From Nemertoderma westbladi (lineage: Eukaryota; Animalia; Xenacoelomorpha), in contig JAUCBJ010003400.1 in assembly GCA_032718475.1 (NCBI GenBank), forward strand, positions 1-39,705: 39,705 nt of DNA. The letters are read 5' to 3'. Below are positions 34,272 to 39,705 of this stretch, in pieces. A program made the translations under genes and the position numbers. The notes below the pieces were generated by a model. That model had not been told where the DNA came from. It ran no database searches and saw only the letters and a list, made by a program, of their open reading frames with translations. Position 1 is the first letter of the stretch; each line of letters opens with the position of its first letter.

Positions 34272-35644
34272 AATCTTCCTACAGTACAGTTTATATTTAT
34301 TATTATTTAAATGGAACCACTGGCAATAGCCTACCGCTTTATATCTAATTTACAGTACAGTAATCGAAGATTAGTCAGTTGTAACTGCACAATAATGTTA
34401 ATTAATAATACAGTATAAACCAAGAAAATGTAGGACCTACTAGTGTAGTGTAAAAACAGACAATATTGGTGAGATTGGGAACTCAGCCGAGGAGAGGTGG
34501 TAGAGCCAAACTTCTAAGGGGCGTGACCACCCAGTGACCTGGAGATCCGACCTGAACCATAGACGAGAGGAGGATATGTTCCTCTTCTAACAGCGGCTCC
34601 ATAGACCCAAAAGACAAACAGGGTCGAAGTATGAATTCAGGACACATATAAAGATACGGATGTGTTTATTATGCGAGGAAAGCCCACCAAAGAAAGACAG
34701 AAATGCATGTTACAGTTCAAAGAGGGGATGAGGAGCATCTGTTGCAGTGAAACTTCTGATACCGTGGAGGCCTGTTGGAGTTACACGATCATTGCACAAT
34801 GTGTAAATTCCGAGGTCATTAGGTCAACTGGAGCACCACCAATGACGATACAAAGTTTCGAAAGCTCGAAATTCAGGCTAATCACGGCGCCATGACATTG
34901 GGGAGAGTCTGCGCACAAGACATCCAATGGGGATTCTTCAATCCCAACCAAGCACTAATCTCCTGGAAGTTGTCATGGTTCCTTGCAAAAGTAGCAACTG
35001 TTGCAAGCTGAGGAGGAGTTGCTGCAACTCACCGATACATGAACGAGTGGACTGGTGAGAGGAGGTGAGACTTTCAAAGCTTCCTGAGTCAAACCATTCC
35101 ACAGTGAATGAAGGACATAGTTTGGGACGTCACGACCTAGAGGTGGAGGACCGCCTGCTCAAAAGGTACAGACAGGCAATTATGGTCCCACCGAAACCAT
35201 CGATGAAAACATCAATCAAACAAGTTATGTCACGGTAACAATTATTGTTTTGAGTTTAAATTTAATTAATTATTTCTTTATTTTGTATGTCTCCACGTCT
35301 CCATTAGAGATTAAATAACAGGTGTGGGTGTGCGTGCATGGTTTGTACAAAATTATAAATATACAGTAGTGAAGTTTAATACTTGTAAAAATTATTCCAA
35401 TTAATGTAATGTTTCCTTTAATATTTAATATATATATTCCTTTAATATCGATACATTCAGACTTTCAGACTAGTTCCTGGTCAAAATACAAGGTACCCTT
35501 GATACACCCAAAGTACTCTGAACATCTGTTACGAGCCGTTCAAGAATATAACTCTCACATATTTTAATAATTATTGAAAATAATGATTATTAAAATACTA
35601 ATTGATATTTATAATTATTTATAATAAGTAAATATCAATACCTA

Positions 35645-35945
35645 TAATATATTATATCGTTATTTTTTTTAAATTTTTGGATTTTTCGCATTACTTTAAC
35701 ATATAGACACCATTTTTTCTTTCCATATCCATGGGCTAATTTATTTTTGAAAACTAATATTTGTTAATATTAAATAATTATTAAATTACTAATAACTAAA
35801 ATATATGTCGATACATTTTTTTACATTTTTGTTTTTTTGCATTACTTTAACACATAGACTCCAAATTTCCATGATATATCCATGGGCTAATTAATTTATT
35901 GGTGACTAATATTTATAAGTATTAAATAAATATTAAATTACTTAT
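35645..35945. repeat. Degenerate about 150-bp direct repeat in an AT-rich, probably non-autonomous element
   Basis: gcattactttaaca.atagac.cc...atatccatgggctaatt...actaatattt...tattaaataa.tattaaattact occurs twice. Confidence 0.75.
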
Positions 35946-36644
35946 AAATAAAATTTTCTTCGATAATTTTTTTTAATTTTTCGCGAAATCGGATCGTTTT
36001 GGGTCAAAGAGTCACAAAATATAACCCAAATTCTTGGGCTAATTTTTTCGACTAAATCTGTATTCAGCCCCAGGGTGTCGAGTCGTGGTTCTGAGGAGAC
36101 ACAAGATGGATTGAAAACGATTCCACAATGATAGAGAGTATAGAAGAGGACACAAGAGACTACGGAACTATTATTTAGAGACTTTGCCCAAAAAATGAGC
36201 ACTATGCCTTCAAGGCACCTGTAATTAATTTGATGTAGCGCAATAGAAAATCAATAAGTGCAATTTACAGAGTAATCAGACCCAAACTAGAATAGAACAA
36301 TATGTATGAACTAATAAAGTCGGAAATAACCTTTTCTTAACTAGCTACTGGGAGGGAGGGACTCACCGTCTAACGACCAGACTAAGACCCCTGGATGACA
36401 AAATGACTCAATTGATTGAAAATGAGATGAGTTAATTAACTCACTTACAGAGAGCCCAAAATCCGATATTGCCCAGGGAAAGTTGGAAATTGTGTGATTT
36501 TGTCAGCCAATGGATAGCGCCATTGGTGCAATCAACTCTAAGGCCACCATTATTGGTGCAATTACTAATTCACAAGTAGATTTTTAGCTGATAGCAATGT
36601 ATGTATTGTTGGTCGAACCCTACCAAGGGCGATCAGTTGGCAGG

Positions 36645-37811
36645 GTTTGACTTCTTCAAGGCCTTTGATTCAGTCTCCCGCTCACGTATGTTCAGCATAC
36701 TTTCATTATATGGGATTCCTGATGAAATTATTGCAGCAATCAGATCAGTATACGATGGTTCGACAACATTTGTGTCTACTGTTGATGGTGACACAGAACC
36801 ATTTGAAGTGTTATGGGGCGTCCTCCAGGGAGACACACTTGCACCATTCTTGTTCATAATTGTGGTTGACTATGTTCTACGCATGTCCTTAGATTATCAT
36901 AATGATGATGGGTGATGATAACTCCACCTACTGGCTCCAGAAGTCGAGGAAATCCTGCTGTAGTACCTAACTGATCTAGACTTTGCTGATGACTTAGGAG
37001 TACTCTCAGAATCACTAGAGGGAGCCCAACGGCTCCTCAGCTCATTAGAACATGCTGCTTCTAGTGTTGGTCTTTTTATTAACTCCAGAAAGACCAAAAT
37101 TGTGACAGTTAACTTTGAAAGTTCCCAGCAAGTCTCTGATCGGATGAGCATAAGCTCAAAGGATGGTATGCTTGAGCATGTGGGCGACTTCTGTTACCAG
37201 GGATCATGGATCCGGAAGTCAGGTGAGGACCTTCGAATACGTAAGGGAAAGGCATAGACAGCCTTGAATAGGCTTTCCAGGATTTGGAAGTCACCGAGAA
37301 TTAATCGGAAACTTAAGGTCCGATTATTTAGAGCAGCAGTAGTTCCAGTACTCCTCTATGGGAGTCCATGCTGGGCTCTAACTGCTGAGGACACCAAATC
37401 TCTGGATGGCACATTCACAAGAATGATACGCCGGGTTCATTGTGTCAAGTACAATGCACACATCTCCAACCAGACACTATATAACATTGGAGGTGTCTCA
37501 TTGGTTCCCCCAAGCTTGACACTAGAACAAAATCGCCTCCGCTTTGCAGGACATTGCTTTCGCCGTGAGGACCAGCCAGTGCATAATCTTGTACTTTGGC
37601 AGCCTCATGGAGTGAATAAGCATGGTGGACAGCCCATGACTTTCTTGAGACGCATCTTAAAGGACGCTGGCCTTGAAGATGCGGATGATCTAGCAAATGT
37701 CATGGGTGATAGGGAGTTGTGGCGGCGCAATGTTGTCGACAAGCCGGCACAGCATTCTTAAAAATGCAGCTGCAATGCAGCATCCCGATACTAGTAATAG
37801 TAGTAGTAGTA
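36645..37811 (+). mobile_element. RTE-clade LINE 3' portion, frameshifted, with (TAG)n tail
   Basis: DFFKAFDSVSR, GVLQGDTLAPFLF, DLDFADDL, KVRLFRAAVVPVLLYGS, RLRFAGHCFR; tail ctagtaatagtagtagtagt. Confidence 0.93.
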
Positions 37812-37839
37812 TCAGTTGGCAAATGAACCCACAAATGTA

Positions 37840-38528
37840 CACCATCTCCGGTAATATAGTGTCATTTTCTGATGACACGGAACCCCCCCCCCCCCCCAGA
37901 TTTTTCTACAAATCTTTATCATATTACTTGAAATTTGAAACACAACTAGTTCCACTCACCGTCGATGACCCCATGAAGCCGGAATTTTCGATTTTGCCTT
38001 TAAATTTTTTTTTATAAGCGTTTTAAAAAAGTATCTTTTGCGAAATCGCACCCTCCGTATCGTGGACATTCATATCATTAAAAAGCTTGCGTTGCAAGGA
38101 TTCGAAATATGTAACAATATCTGAATTTCGTTGATAAACAACTGAGATATAGGCGTTCAAAGTTTGCAAGAATTATCGTTCGCTGAAGGCCATTTATTCT
38201 ATTTAATAAATACACGATGTTCTGGAACATTTTGTTTAAGTATGAATAGCTACGCAATAGATATATTGGATAGGAATACCTACGACTAATGTGAACAATG
38301 TCCACGATACGGAGGGTGCGATTTCGCAAAAGACACTTTTTTAAAACGCTTATAAAAAAAATGTAAAGGCGAAATCGAAAATTCCGGCTTCATGGAGTCA
38401 TCGACGGTGAGTGGAACTAGTTGTGTTTCAAATTTCAAGCAATATGATAAAGATTTGTAGAAAAATTTGGGGGGGGGGGGGGGGTTGGGGGTCTCATAAA
38501 AAATGACACTATATTACTGGTCATGGTG
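37840..38528. mobile_element. TA-flanked non-autonomous DNA transposon with about 240-bp TIRs (689 bp; Tc1/mariner- or CMC-like)
   Basis: TA|CACCAT...ATGGTG|TA. Arms 37840-38080 and 38287-38528 are near-perfect reverse complements, including poly-C/poly-G tracts. Confidence 0.9.
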
Positions 38529-39705
38529 TATATATTCTAGATATAGATAAGCTACCGGTCTAGCTAACAATTAGTCAGTTAGTGCAATTATTAATTCGCA
38601 GATTAAATACAGCAATGGAACTCAATAACTTTCTTTAGCATTACTGACCCTCAAAGACCCAAGCATTGGACCCACATAGGAATATTTATATCAATATATT
38701 ATTAACTATATACGTCATTGTTCATAAAATAGCACTTTATAGTATTACGTCACGAGTAATTTTGTCTTTGATTTTATTTTGAAATAACAAAACGAGGTCC
38801 GTAAAAGTGCTAATTATGAACAAAGGCGATTCTAATTTTATTTATTTGTAGGGAATTATTTGTAGTTATGCACTTAAACTTTCTAGAACAACCTAATAAT
38901 GACGCGGTGACATACTGGATATATATACTGGACATACTTAGTAAAATGTATGGCGTAGGTAGGGACATCGTGAGAAATAATGTCGCACTGCGATATAAAG
39001 CTGGAAAATATCTCGCCCTGGCGATTTGGTAGTGCGAAATTAATTCCATACAATTAAATATAATCAATATCAGATATACAGTACATCAACACGGAAACTA
39101 ACCCTAATAACACCAGTAGGTCGGGAGTCATGCAAACCAACTCCTCTGTCACATTATTCCTAATATATTCCTTAGCCTTCCGTTAGGGACTATTATAGTG
39201 ATTCGTTGGTTCAAATGAAAAGATGACCGTTGGTACAAATGGAACGATAATGTCACAGCGATTCCAAATATGTAAAAGCATTTGTATTTGATTGGGAAAT
39301 ATATGAAATGTGGGTGTATTTGCTTCTGTAGCAGGCTATTTATTCTAATTAATAAATACATCATGTTCTAGAACATTTTGTTAACATCTTATTTTGTTTG
39401 GTATTATTAGATAAAATGCATTGCATTATTGTCCAGCTTACTTCTGATGTAAACAAAATGTTCCACAATATTGTGCATTTATTAAAAGAATATATTAATG
39501 CATGAATAATAATTGTAGTGTCAAAAGATTCTCCGCTTTCAATTTATTGATATAAGCCATGTGCGAAATGATTGAGATTTAATGTGTATTTGAATGTATC
39601 GAAAATCATTCCATAGAAACCAATATAAGAAATTCTCAGAGCATTTTTGATGTCAAATCTGTAGTAGCCTATCACATCCTATTTTCAAAATTGGCTTCCC
39701 ACGCT

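Noticed and set aside
34700-35050. Minus-strand CYFCKEP / GAVISL as a gag-protease relic
   Set aside because: Too degenerate (stops, missing His and catalytic Asp) to support a call.
38700-39705. Short ORFs in the AT-rich right end
   Set aside because: No motifs, splice support or element termini recognised.

Overview
Repeat-rich eukaryotic (animal, probably invertebrate) genomic DNA; no prokaryotic features and no CRISPR. Most of the window is transposable elements. These include the 5' half of a Bel/Pao LTR retrotransposon (minus strand, about 1-8327), a near-intact hATm-type DNA transposase, RTE, CR1/L2 and Penelope-like fragments, several MITEs (Harbinger, Kolobok-like, piggyBac-like, TA-flanked foldback), an LTR-like remnant with odd repeat ORFs, and minisatellites. 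Hidden among them, and absent from the ORF track, are three small phase-compatible + strand exons (10382-10536, 16172-16337, 33634-33760). They splice into the C-terminal 148 aa of a beta/gamma-crystallin (Greek key) domain protein with an unusual Cys-bracketed insertion. The Bel element is also atypical: it has a roughly 750-aa Gag N-terminal extension with an (AKAKAAEAA)n helix, and a multi-kb leader carrying a duplicated, invariant, foldable 105-bp module. All assignments come from manual reading and translation; no database searches were run.
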